Positions 13,650-27,740 of a stretch of DNA of 64,000 bases are shown piece after piece. Position 1 is the first letter of the stretch; each line of letters opens with the position of its first letter. This stretch comes from the human T2T-CHM13v2.0 reference genome, Homo sapiens, in assembly GCF_009914755.1 (NCBI RefSeq), contig NC_060936.1; one strand, 5' to 3'. The notes beneath the pieces were generated by a model. It had not been told where the DNA came from, did not search any database, and saw nothing but the letters and a program-made list of their open reading frames with translations. Both the position numbers and the translations under genes were made by a program.

Positions 13650-14425
13650 TTTGAGGAACTGAATATACGAATATACAAAATATGTGGTTTAGCCTAGAAA
13701 AGGATAGAACTCTGACCCTCTAGCTTTGCACAGGAAGCCAAACCACAACTTCTGCAGCAATCAGCCCGGAATGGTCAGAACCTGAACGGTGACTCCCAGC
13801 TCCCCACCTTTTTTAGAAGCAAAATTTATGAATGTCTTTTATTAATCATGATTTTAGTGTCATACCTGAAAACATTTTTCCCACCCCAAGGTCACAAAGA
13901 TGTTCTATTTTTTTTTTCACGGTAAGTGACTAAAATTTTATTATTTAGTTATAATCTTGACAGAAGGGACTTGAAGAACTTAAAGAAAAACCCTCCAAAT
14001 GTGTTAATTTCCTCAAGAGTCAAAGATCCATTATGTTTATCTAACAAATAATTTCATGCTCAAATGTCAGTGATTGGTTAAAACTTTATATCATTGTATC
14101 CAGTTTCCCTTTCTAATTGTCCCTGTTTACAACTCAGGACCAACCAGAGAAAACAAAATAAGCTCTCCAAACCCATGACAAGAGATGCCCCACTTCTAGT
14201 TAGCTCTCCTCCAGCTTCCCCATGACGACCACCTCCAATCCTATCCTTGCACACCCAGGGCCTTCCCTTTTGTCCACCCTAAGCTTTCCCACTGTTTGGC
14301 CTGGCTTCGAGTTTCTGCCAAATGCAAGCAATGGTGGCTGACTTCCTCGGCATAGGAGCTCCGGTAAGCAGCAGGTGCTGTTCTCATCTGCATGGGCTTC
14401 ACTTCTAGAGCTGCTACTTTCAGTT
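13650..14425 (+). mobile_element. ERV solo LTR (MER21/MER77-group-like) interrupted at 13809-14099
   Basis: aggaagccaaaccacaacttctgcagcaatcagccc...aactcaggaccaaccagagaaa...gatgccccacttctagttagc; subfamily uncertain. Confidence 0.65.
13809..14099 (-). pseudogene. Putative retroposed transcript 3' end with 3'-transduced L1-derived flank
   Basis: On the minus strand, two AATAAA then A-run units (13942-13937 to A10 at 13917-13908; 13843-13838 to A6 at 13814-13809); TSD-like ccagctcccc / ccagtttccc. Confidence 0.45.
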
Positions 14426-14769
14426 GAATGCATCCCTGCTGAACACACCTTTCTTCCGCTACATTATACAAAGACATGTAGATTTTTGTAGATCAGTTTC
14501 CCCAGTTGTTTGTAGTCATATTACCTGGTTCTTCTGCCTGCTAGCCCTCACTGCAGTTGTAACTGCATGAGAAATTGTGAAATGCATTAGTTAATATTTG
14601 CTTGCCTTCCTTGATTCCCTGGGGGACAAGGAGCTGAGTCTAGCTGGCTGATTTCCATACCACAATCCTCTAATGTGGCCTCTGACACACAGACAATATT
14701 TTAAAGTATTTGTCAAATAAAAGGTAAAAGAATAAACTAAATATTGATTCACTTTTTCCACATTGCCAG

Positions 14770-15040
14770 AGTTAATAACCCTGGGGCAACCTCCATTCAT
14801 AGCGGATGAGAGCCATTGGTTAACCCCCCAGCTTCCTACCTCACAGATAGGCCTGTCCATGCTTCTCAGAGGTCCCAGTGAAATTGAGCCACTGCTGTGT
14901 AGAGCAAGAATGTTGAAAATGCACCATTATATTGGCTTTCTCTCCTTCCCTCTGTCATCCTTCCTGCCCTTTCATCCTGATTCTTCTGGGAACACTTTCC
15001 TGAATCAATTTCCTGCACCCAGGAATTCACTGATATCACC
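14770..15040 (+). mobile_element. LTR16-type ERVL LTR fragment
   Basis: cagaggtcccagtgaaattgagcc...attggctttctctccttccct...ttctgggaacactttcc. Confidence 0.65.
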
Positions 15041-15158
15041 TCCAGTGTTTGGACTACATATCACTGAGCAGTGCTTCATGTGGGACCAGCTCTGCTGGGA
15101 GGACCAGTGTTTGAGCTAGGACTAAGATGGATTTGATTGTGTTTGAGATGGCAGAGAG

Positions 15159-15688
15159 TGTTATAGGAAAGGTGTCCGGATCCAGACTCCAAGAAAGGGT
15201 TCTTGGATCTTGCACAAGAAAAATTTCAGGGTGAGTCCATAGAGTAAAGTGAAAGCAAATTTATTAGGAAAGTAAAGGAATGAAAGAATGGCTACTCCCT
15301 CTGGTTGCCTATTTTTATGGTTATTTTTTAACAATATGACAAACCAAAGGTGGGTTATTCAAGCCTCCCCTTTTTAGACCGTGTAAGGTAACTTCCTGAT
15401 GTTGCCATGGCATTTGCAAGCTGTCATGGCGCTAATAGGAGTGTAGCAGTGAGGACGACCAGAGGTCACTCTCATAGCTATCTTGGTTTTGATGGCTTTT
15501 GGACAGCTTCTTTACTGCAACCTGTTTATTAGCAAGGTCTTTATGACCTTTATCTTGTGCCAACCTCCTATCTCATCCTGTGACTTAGAATGCCTTAGCC
15601 ATCTGGGAATGCAGCCCAGTAGGTCTCAGCCTCATATTACCCAGCTCCTACTCAAGATGGAGTTGCTCTGGTTTAAACGCCTTTGACA
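15159..15688 (-). mobile_element. MER41A solo LTR (ERV1)
   Basis: Reverse complement starts tgtcaaaggcgtttaaaccagagcaactccatcttg and ends ctttcctataaca; lacks the MER41B GAS block; TSD agag / atag. Confidence 0.9.
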
Positions 15689-15953
15689 ATAGGAATAAAC
15701 TGTCAATACAGAGGGAACCACATGGTGACGGGAAAGCACGGGGTAAGATCAACACATGGTGAGCGTCCAGACAGCCTGGCGCAGGTGTTTGAATAATGAA
15801 CCACAAGCCACACCTGCAAGGGTAAGCTGAGTTCTTAAAAGCTAGGGAGAGATGCCTGTGCCTTATTTTATTTTATATTTTATTTCAACAGTGGGAAAGT
15901 GTAGAGGTTTCTGAGTAAGTAGAAGAAGAGTTAGAATAAAAACTGAAAGACTA

Positions 15954-16336
<383 letters not shown>

Positions 16337-16349
16337 TTAAAGGTGATTG

Positions 16350-16735
16350 CAAATGACCTTCACATGGATCTTGCTTCGATTAATAGCAGCTATAATATAA
16401 AAGTAAATTTTGAAACTGATGAGAACATTTGAACATAGACTGAGTTTTAAATGACCTTGAAGATTTTGACTTTTGTTAAGTATAATCATTGTTTGTGTCT
16501 TAGGTGAATGACCTCATGTTTCAGATGCGTATTAAAGTATTTAAAGGTGAAGTGTCGTGATGTCTATAATTCACTTCGAAATGGTTCAGTGACCATCGTA
16601 CACATCACCAAATGAAGTAAACATGGCAAAATACCTACAACTATTGAATCTGAGTGATGGGCATGTGGTACTCTTTGTATTCTTTTTTTAAACTTTTTGC
16701 AGGATTGAATATTTGTAAGAAGTGTATTTATAATA
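16350..16735 (+). mobile_element. L1ME/MC 3' UTR fragment
   Basis: aaaggtgaagtgtcgtgatgtct...catggcaaaa...tgaatctgagtgatggg. Confidence 0.6.
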
Positions 16736-16819
16736 AAGAGAAATGACAGGGAACATTTCACAGTAAGCACACTCAGACTCTTTTTCTTTTTGCTGTGTTT
16801 TCTTATCTGGAATGTTTTC

Positions 16820-17372
16820 TGTGGCAGAAATTGCTGGTTATCGTTCTTACTAATAGACATTCTTCCTGTGCCCCTGCTGACAAAACCCTGCTTTGATTCA
16901 GACATACTAGGCCTGGGGAAAGAAATCAGAGTTGCTCTAAACTGCTCATGGAAACACCATCCCCCTTTGGCTGATACTCACTTTCCCATCATCCCTTGAA
17001 GCTAGGGGTGACCATGTGATGCAGTCCTGGCCAAAGATAAATGAGAGTAAGTCTGCTGGGAGTTTTTAGTTGTTTTTGTTTGTATTTTACTCACCAATAA
17101 AAAGTGGCAAGGATAAAACATAGCTCTCTTCCTGAATGCTTTCATACGAGAGTATGACTCATAGAGCAAATGCAGCCGCCTTGTTCCCATGAGGAAGAGT
17201 CCGAGAGGATTGCAAGTTGCTGATCCAAGGCCCTATTGTCACTGTGTGGCCCAAACAACCCTGAATCCATCTCTGGAGTTTTTGTAATATGAGGTCATTT
17301 GTTGTCTTTCTCATGTAAGCTACCATTAATCAACATGATGTCAGTGGCAGCTAGCAACCCCACGTATCATAA
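16820..17372 (+). mobile_element. MLT1I/J-type LTR
   Basis: tgtggcaga start, cccttgaagctaggggtgaccatgtgatgcagtcctggccaa. Confidence 0.65.
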
Positions 17373-18202
17373 TCTGCTTACCTTCCTAAAGTTGAAGGAA
17401 AATAATTAAGTATACAATTTCTTTAATGTGGTACCTAAAAAATGGAACTGAAATTCCAAATCAAGATCATCACAATTCACATATGTTCACTGTCTACAGA
17501 AGAGGATAAATTAGAACTCCAGGGAATTCTTCTAAACTCAGGTTTGCCAACAAGTTTACCTGAAGTTGCCTGTTTCCCCAAAATATCAAAAGCTGGTGGG
17601 TGCCATCTCTTCTGTTCTTTTGATGGTGGCAGCTAGAATCGTTCTTTGCTGTACTGATCCCCTCTTTGATGATGGTTTTGAGAAGATATAATCGAACTTC
17701 AGTTTGCCAGATGGGCAAGTTCTTGGTTCAGGCCTTGTTCAGAGGAGCTTTCAGGACCCACTTTTCCATATCTCATGTAAATGGTTGGAGAAGAGAGAAG
17801 ATTTCAAGACCAAAGTCACTGGTAGTCAGGTATTTATTCCCAGCAAGAGAATCACATGCATTAGCTTGGCTTTGAGGAATGCAAATGCTCTCAGTGAGTG
17901 TGGGGTGCAAGTGTGCAAATGCAGTGTCGTTTTGTGGTTGTTGTTATTTTTGTTTGCTTGTTTTTTTTTTTTTACAGTAAGGGCCCTGAGTGCAGGTTTT
18001 GGGGGTGGACTGCCTAGGTACTGCCCACAGCTCTGCCCTGCACTGGCCAGCCAAGTCTAGGCAAAGTAGGTTTTTTATGAGGCCCCCTGATAATCACAGA
18101 ACCTACTCATACATAAGGCAGTCTTGAGATTAAAATGAGACAATGCATGCAAATCACATCCTGGGTTTGCCTGGGAATCTTAGTAAATATAAAATAAAAA
18201 AT

Positions 18203-18233
<31 letters not shown>
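18203..18233. repeat. (ATG)10 microsatellite
   Basis: Direct inspection. Confidence 0.95.
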
Positions 18234-18234
<1 letters not shown>

Positions 18235-18585
18235 TAAAGATAGTTTTTCTAAGAGAGGTTAGAAATCTGCCCAACTAACAAGCAAGAGAGCTGAAGGTAT
18301 TTTTTTTAGCAGCTACTATTCAAAATTGGTGTCAAGCTTGTATCTTGAAACCTTACTGGGAATAGCTCACAGTGTTTGGGCAACACGTATCAGGCACCTT
18401 GTAGAAAACTGTCAGGACAACTTCCTTGGACCTGGGCTTACTTGGTCCTAAGATTGACTTGTGTTCTCTTTGGCATAGCAGTTTAGCCTGTGCACTAAAT
18501 AATATGCAGTATCTGATTCAGCAACTCAGCCACTGAATCAAACCCTTTGCATGGATGATGCCATTTAATCCTGAAACTCATTTTC

Positions 18586-18596
18586 TTTCTCCTCCT

Positions 18597-18656
<60 letters not shown>

Positions 18657-18986
18657 TTTCTTTCTTTCTTCTTTCTTTCTTTCTGTCTCTTTCCTTCTTT
18701 CTTTCTCTTTCTTTCTCTCTCTTTCTCTTTCTTTCTTTCTTTTTCTTTCTACCTTTCTTCCTTTTTTTGATAGAGTCTCATTCTGTTGTCTGTCACCCAG
18801 GCTGGAGTGCAGTGGTGTGATCTTGGGTCACTGCAAACTCTGCCTCTTGGGTTCAAGCGATTCTCCATAGAAATGGGGTTTCACCTTGTTGGCCAGGCTG
18901 GTCTTTTAACTCCTGACCTCAAGTGATCCTTGTGCTTTGGCCTCCTGGAGTGCAGAGATTACAGGTGTGAGGCACTGTATCCGGCC
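18586..18986 (-). mobile_element. Alu with internal deletion and a tail expanded to a ~180-bp (TTTC)n/(TC)n tract
   Basis: 15-bp TSD tgaaactcattttct / tgaaactaattttct; junction gcgattctcc|atagaaatgggg. Confidence 0.92.
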
Positions 18987-21049
18987 TGAAACTAATTTTC
19001 TGGGTACAGATAATAAAAATGAGACAGAGTTTAATTAAAACGTCCAGGGTTACACAGTTAGAAAATGTCTAAGCTGATCTTGAACCTTGATCTTCTGAAC
19101 TCAGTGAAGATTATGATCTTTACTAATCTGCTCCATCAACAAATAATTCTTGGTATGTTAATAGAAACCTTTACAGTGCATTTGAGATGCAATTACCATG
19201 ACAGAAGATTAAAGAGTAGAACCTCCGATGACTAATTTGATGAGACAGAAACTACCAAAAAGGAATGAAGAAGAAGCATAACTGGGAGCCTCACCCACTA
19301 ATCTTTCATATAGCCTGATAATACCCCAGGGATGAAAAATAAAGGAGCGTGGATTTGACTTCCCCATCTGAGGCTCACATGACCCTATTTTTATCCACAC
19401 AGAGCACTTGAGCCGATGAGATTTGGCTGTTGATGGATCAGGTCACTTCTCTGTGGAATACACGCTCTCGTTTTTGCACTTCTGTCTCCTCTCCCAGTAC
19501 AAGAGAAAGCCTCATGGCATTCACAACAATTATAAAATATTGCACATAATTCCATTGCTTGATTGTCTTATTATGCTTGATTTTGTAATGTCATGCCTTA
19601 CCCACCCCTAAATTATAAGTAAATTTAAATTTAAAACAAATTTTTTAGCATTTTTTAAAGAATTTCAGAGTATAGTAGTTTCTTCATTAAGGACTCTATG
19701 GAATGCTTCAAATTGGATTTTGGAATCTGTTTGAAAATTTCCCCTGGAACCATGGTAGTGTGGCATCTCACAAAGGGGTTGGGTTCTATATTTAGCCTAC
19801 AAGGTTAAAATCGGAGTCAATATTACTCTTGAAAAGCTCTTTTATTGATTGTAATATCCAGGAAACTTGTTTTGTATATACAAACTGAGTAAATTGTATA
19901 TATAGTGTCCACACTAACAAATGTTATGGAATAAAGAAAGTATATGAGAAATACATTTTACAGCATGATTTTTGTATTATTGACTGACCTAACACACACT
20001 GTTGAACTGACTTAATTAAAATAATACTATAACTTAAATACTTTTTAGTTAGCCTACAGTCTCAGGGCAGCAGTCATAGTTTAAAGCACAAAAAGTCAAT
20101 ATTCTCATTATCTTTCCCTTGACTGTGAGGGGGAGTTGGGAGAAGATACTGTGGAGAAAGCGCCCTGTGATCAGGAGATCACTTTCTGATTGTGTAGTTG
20201 AATGGTGTCATTCCTACCAAATGGACAGCATGTCAATAACCACAAAGTCAAGTCTACTGCAGTCGATAGATTTAGACTTTCATCCCAGCTTCAGAATCGA
20301 GCCTCGGGGAATGCCCCAAAGGCCCAAATGCACATCCCTTCACCTTGAAAAAAGATAGATTCATTCCATTCACTCCCTGTATTCAAGTGATATGAGAAAT
20401 TGCACCTGGGTGGGGGATTATTACTGAAAATCCTCAGGAAACTCCTTAAATAGAGTCTGCAGCCCACCTTACAGTGATTTTCGCATCTCAGGAAAGAAAG
20501 GAGCATACATGACATCAACAGCCCTCAGACCACTTTTGTGAAGATGTTTCACTCTTTCTAGAAGGGAGGAGAAAAAAAACCTGGAGGTCTTCATTTCCAG
20601 CTGCTTCGTGCAGGTCTACCCCTTCCTTGCTCGCTTTGTTATTCATGTTGGCACAGATGGATCAGGGAGTAACTTGTCCTTTTGTGGTCCAAAAGGAAGC
20701 TATCCCTGGACTGCACCATGAATCCACAGCTTCTGCTTCATGAAATGATTTCTTAAAAAGGTCATCATTCCCCCTCATCTACTGCAAGCTCATCTGTTAG
20801 TTCCTACCAGGCTTTACCCCTAGTCTGTGAGATGCAGGTGCAGAGGGACACACGTGAGAAATGGGAGCCGGGATCCGAACCCAGGGCTACCCAGGCAGGG
20901 CCAACGTCCTCCCAGCCCCTGCTCCTGCCCTACAAGGACAGAGGACCTGAGTGGGGAGGCGAGGGCATGACCACAGAAGAGGATCATAGAATGTTGTCAG
21001 GGACATCATCAGAGGCAGTACTGAAATCAGCATAGAAATTTAAAATTCC

Positions 21050-21490
21050 CCAGAGGACGGTATGTTGAGTGAAAAAGGACCGTCATAGAAAGACAAATGG
21101 CACATGATCTTGCTCATAGGTAAAATCTGAAATAGTCAAACTCATAGAAGCAGAGTAGCATGGTGGTTGCCAAGACTGGAGGATGGGAGAAATGGGGAGA
21201 GGCTGGTCACAGGGTGGAAAGCTTCAGTTACGTAAAATGAGTCAGTTCTGAAGATTGAATGCTCACAATGTCACTATAGTTAATACTGTATCGTACACAG
21301 CACTTGACGTTTGCTAAGAGAACAGACCTTAAACCTCCTCACCACACACACAAAAGATAACCATTTGAGGTGATGGATACGATAATTATCTTTAATGTGG
21401 TGATCATTTCACGTATTCACATATCAAATCAAATTGTACATTTGAAATATATATTATTTGTCAATTATGCCTCAATGGAGCTGAAAAAAT
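21050..21490 (+). mobile_element. L1MA8/9-like 3' end
   Basis: gtcaaactcatagaagcagagtag...tttgctaagagaacagaccttaaa...gtcaattatgcctcaat; TSD-like aaatttaaaattcc / aaaattaaaatttc. Confidence 0.85.
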
Positions 21491-21539
21491 TAAAATTTCA
21501 ACACAGAATATATGCTCCCTTGCTTCATTAAGATAATAA

Positions 21540-21750
21540 TAACTACCATATATTCTTTCCAAAAACGATCTAATTTAATCCTCATATTAACCCTAAGTGG
21601 CAAATTCTATTACTATCTTCATTTGACAGGGGAGAAAAGGGAGGTTGAGAGAAGTTCACGTGTCCAAGATTGCAAAGCTGATACGCAGTGCATTAAGAGC
21701 CTGGACTCCGGGCTGAATCCATGCTGGGAACCCAAACTCTACTCTACTGC
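21540..21750 (-). mobile_element. MIR
   Basis: atttaatcctcat...tattactatcttcatttgacagggg. Confidence 0.6.
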
Positions 21751-22649
21751 CCCGAAAGAGGGAATGAAAGGCCGGTAGTGTGTGTGTGCCTGTGTGCATA
21801 TAGTTTGAAACATATATCCAGATTTAGCTTTAAATTCGAAATGGAAACAAAGAAAATATTTGCAAAATCTTTTCTGGAGGTTGGTTTCTCTCCTACTCTT
21901 ACCAGGATAACAAAGTATGTTAATGTGTATGCTTTAAAATATATGCCTGAAAATATCTGGAATATACCTAAAATATCAACATTCCCAAATGTTCAAATAA
22001 AATGGCTTGGTTATAACTGAGAGCTGGAGGACAGGATGGGAACGGAATCTTGAAAGGTGGAGACATCCGCAGTCACATAGCGCCCCCATTTTATCTTGGA
22101 CACCAGGGTGTTCTAGGGCATGCAAATTTTCTTCTCTCAGAAACTTCTGAAGAAGAGGTCAATTAAGAACACTAGGGTTTCCCCTGTGTTCCAGCACAGG
22201 GCCCATCACCCAAGGGGCTGGTACCAGAATTCTAAATTCTCATCTAGCATAGCATCTCCTCTCCTTTTGAGTTGATTTCATCTCACTTTAGGTGTAAATT
22301 CCCTCGAATCAGGGGCCCATCTGCAAAATGAAGAGTACCCATGTCTGCATGATGGTGGTGATGGAACCCAGGGCTGCCTTTTGTGACCACGAGTATTTCT
22401 ACAGAGAAACCATATGGTTTGAACAAACCACAGGTCACAAATTCAGGTGGCCAAGATATAAAACTCTTCTTGTTATATAATTCCAATTTCAGGGCACCCA
22501 AATGGACTAAAATAGCCCATATTAAAACATTTGGAAAAGTTGATATTTTCAATATTTTCTATCACAGATGGAAACACTGAATCTTGGAGAGATTAAGTAA
22601 CCTGCCTAGGGCCACCCAAATGGACTACTTCTTAGTAGTTGATACAGCC

Positions 22650-22756
22650 TTTGCCCATTTCCGTGGTGTAAATACTCCTACCACCAAGCTACCCAACAGA
22701 TTTAACAACTCGCTTGCAGATTTCCTGAAATTTTAACCTCTGCTCTCCTAAGACTG
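22650..22756 (-). mobile_element. MER63A fragment (hAT-Blackjack)
   Basis: tttccgtggtgtaaatactcc...aagctacccaac...ttcctgaaattttaac. Confidence 0.75.
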
Positions 22757-22774
22757 TAAAATACAAATATTTTA

Positions 22775-22950
22775 ACTACTTCTTAGACCATTTGGGCGGC
22801 CCTTGGCAAGTTACTTAATCTCATTAAGACTCAGCATTCCCATCTGTGATGAAGGGGTAATAACAGACTCCACATCATAGGGTTAGTAGGATGAAATGAA
22901 CCGATATATGTAAAACGTTTGTAAAATTGCACAATACATTGTTTACCATT
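22775..22950 (+). mobile_element. MIR
   Basis: ggcaagttacttaatctc...cccatctgtgatgaaggggtaataac. Confidence 0.75.
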
Positions 22951-23150
22951 GACGGATATTGGTCACTGTCACTATGGCTGTTATTATTGTTTTGTGTTTT
23001 CCTGCTTTTTCCCAGAGATGTTTCAAAATCTCAGGAAGCTTGTGTAGTATCTCAGCCATAGGGTCCATGTTGTCATCTGGCCATGCGGCTTCCACTGAGA
23101 TATCTCTTAAGGTGTTAATCCTAGGTACTGAGGCCATCTCATTTGCTCTG

Positions 23151-23353
23151 ATTCTGTGCTTTCCAATACTTCAGCCACTAGCCACTTGTGGCTATTTAAT
23201 TTAAAACTAAGTAAAATTAAAACTTGAGCTCCTCAGTTGCACAGTCACATTTTGAGTGCTTATAAATATCCAGCCGTGGCTCGTGGCTGCCACATCGAAT
23301 GGTAATGACAGAGAACATCCCCATGATCATGGCAGGTTCTATTAGGCAGCAAT
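23151..23353. mobile_element. MER3-type hAT-Charlie MITE
   Basis: gtgctttccaata...agccactagccacttgtggctattt...gttctattaggcagcaatg. Confidence 0.75.
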
Positions 23354-23493
23354 GATCTACGTTGCTCTTGCTCTTTTCTGAAAGGCCACTCCTCACCCAG
23401 TGACTGTGGGTTTCCTCTCTGCTGTTACCGAGTCTGCAGGAATTCTTTCTGCTATCCCCATACCCTATGAGCTGTAAGAAACCATACTTTTGT

Positions 23494-23822
<329 letters not shown>

Positions 23823-24158
23823 CTATAGAGAAATAAGAGAAAATTGGGTTTGATAAAATGTAAACATAGTAGTAGCAAATATAATTATTTTTAAAAACAG
23901 AGAATTTCTTCCTTTATATGAAAAAATACATAATTCTATATTTGAAGAAATAAAATATTTATTATATACTTTGTGTTTATTGACATGGTTGCTACATTCT
24001 ATGCATCAGGTAACTGTTATAATGTAATCTCCATTTAATAAAATAGAGATTAACAGAATGTACCAGAGAAGTGTTAAAATGGAGATGAACTGAAATATTT
24101 TGACATACCAAGTGGAAAGAAGAAAATAAAAAGAAAGATTGTACTTATGAATTGTTAG

Positions 24159-24450
<292 letters not shown>

Positions 24451-24778
24451 TGTTATAATAGCTTTTTTCTCTCCATTTTGCTTATGAAGTCATTTCTTTG
24501 GGTACGGTGCATCAGTATGTTTACCGTTATGTGTTTGCTGTTATTCTGCAGTCTTGTAAATGTTTACTTACATGGGTTCAAAAGGTGAGGTAGAGGGAAG
24601 AACACAAAATGAGGCTGACAGCCCTGATATTCTTAGAGTATGCTCTCTTTCCCTCTGTTTTTCCTCTTGCCATAGTCCAGGAAATGTCCTACTTGATTTT
24701 CTAGGCAAGAGTCCTTTCCATTTTTCTCTGAGGGCTAGGATTTGGAAATCCAAAAGTTGGGCGAAGAATATTCATTTC

Positions 24779-24938
24779 CAGTGGTGTGTTCTGATTTTGC
24801 CTGTTCCCACGGTGTAAATACTCCTGCCACCACTGATTTCAAGCTACCCAACAGATTTCACAACCGGCTTGCAGACTTCCTGAAAAATTAACCCTCTGCT
24901 CTCCTAAGGCTGCGGGAGTTGGCACCAGCACACCGCTG
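24779..24938 (-). mobile_element. MER63A with both termini
   Basis: cagtggtgtg ... ccagcacaccgctg termini; ggtgtaaatactcc and tttcaagctacc core. Confidence 0.8.
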
Positions 24939-25105
24939 CTGTTTTTTCTTCTTTCTCCTGTCTCATCTCTCCCTGAAAGACAAAGTGGTGATGAAGAAAG
25001 GGCCATGATGTTAAAAGGAAAGAAAGAAATGAGAGAGAAATCCGTCAACCCATCACAATATCATTTTCCATAACTACATATTAATTCCACGTTACCTTCC
25101 TGTGA

Positions 25106-25616
<511 letters not shown>

Positions 25617-26017
25617 TAAGGCACGGCTGCTACTAGACACGTTAGCATCCTGAAATACCCCTCCCACAGGCAGAGAGAAGGCAGCAGCATGTTCTGGGTG
25701 AGATGTTAGCACCAGGGAGAGTCCTAATCTGTGATTGTTCCTGTTTCGGAGAAAAAGTTTGTAATTTACTCTCTGTCTGCACACGGCCCCCTCTAAAACC
25801 ATGGAGTTCTCCATGTGCCTTTTGGCAAATCCAGCTGACTTCCTACCTTGCCCTCAATTACACAGAGAGGCGTGGGAGCACTCGTGCCCCCTCGATGACT
25901 GTTTCGTCCCTTTATATATCGTTGTGGGGTTAAAATAAAAATGAGTGGTTTTATTGATTACATAAAATTTCAGCTATATTAATATATAATTTAAACATTA
26001 ATAATTGGAAAAAATGA

Positions 26018-26339
<322 letters not shown>

Positions 26340-27494
26340 TTAATTTTTACCAAGAATTATCTATAAATATGGCAACACATTCAGTGCTCAGTGACAATTT
26401 TTGAACAACCATCAAATATCTATTTTTCAGATAATCAAGAAGTCATCATTCAAGCTTTCTATTAAGCCATGTTGCAGTTAGCTCTATACACAAATATCAT
26501 TACATCTGTTTTTTTTTTCTCTAGCTAATGCTCTTTTTCACACAGATATAACCCCCAACTATTAATGTCACTATAATGTGCAAACTATGTTAACTTTAGA
26601 TCCACAAGAGTTGCTTCGAATAAGTTTTACCTTGGAAAGCTACAAAGGCATGAGGCCTTAGTCTCAGTGAGTCTCTAAGTCCCAGTAATTCAGAGCAGAA
26701 CCACTTTCAGACTAGCAAACACACTACCTGGAAGTAAACATTCAGTCATGAGAGTTGAGAACAATTTCTTAAAATAAAACAAATGTTGATAATGCTCATG
26801 AATAGATTTTGCACCAATTTTTGGAGGTGGATTCTCTGCGTGCCAGAGTTTAGTTCTGCTACGTAGGAAGGTGCCGTGGGCAGGTGCTGTAGGTGAAGAG
26901 TGAGTTCTCTGGGAGCTTCACTCCTAGCCGAGCACTCAGGACAAGATGCACAGGACCAGGTGCTCTGGGACATGGGTCATCCTTATTCCTCTTCCCTTGG
27001 ATTCCTGCAATTCTGATTTCATTTCAGCATCTGGAATTTGGCACTGGATTACATGCATCCTTCAGTTCCTCTGTCTGAGACCCAGGAAAGTGGGGCTTGG
27101 TTCCCAATGCACTCCTGCAAATATATCCCCCCAGCTTGTGCAATGCCTTGAGCAATTGCTCTTATAGTATCCAACAAAATGGTCAGGCGCACTCATCAAA
27201 TTTGCCAATTACTGTACTTCCCCGACAAGTTGTGAAGTTCTGATTCCAAAGTTTCAGAGTAGAGCCTTGGGAAAAACAAACGAACAGACAAACAAACAAC
27301 AACAACATATATATATATATAGCACAGCAATTCACAAGATTCTGCTGCAAGTGGTTTGGGACTTACCTTCCACCAGCTGGAGTTCAGACTCCATTTCCTG
27401 TTAACTGAAACTGGATTTTGTGATTCACTCTCTGGTTCCAACTCTTTTCTTCCCCTCCAAAATGGAATGCTTCCTCCCGACTGATACAGCCAAC

Positions 27495-27740
27495 ACTTGT
27501 TGAACGCTTGCTATCTGCCAAGCAGGATGTTAAGCACTTTGCTTACAGTAGCGCCACGAAATAGCAAAACAATCACTTTAAGTTCTATTATTATTCCCAT
27601 TTTACAAACTGAGAAAGTGAGGCTTGGAGGTCAAGTATTGCCCAGGGTCCAAAGCTAGTGCCAGAGGTCAGCCCCAGATCCAGGTGTGTCTGACTCCGAA
27701 ACTCCTGCCTCCACGTTGTCTGAATCATGATGCCCAACTG
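27495..27740 (-). mobile_element. MIR
   Basis: tattattattcccattttacaaactgagaaagtgaggcttggag. Confidence 0.85.
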
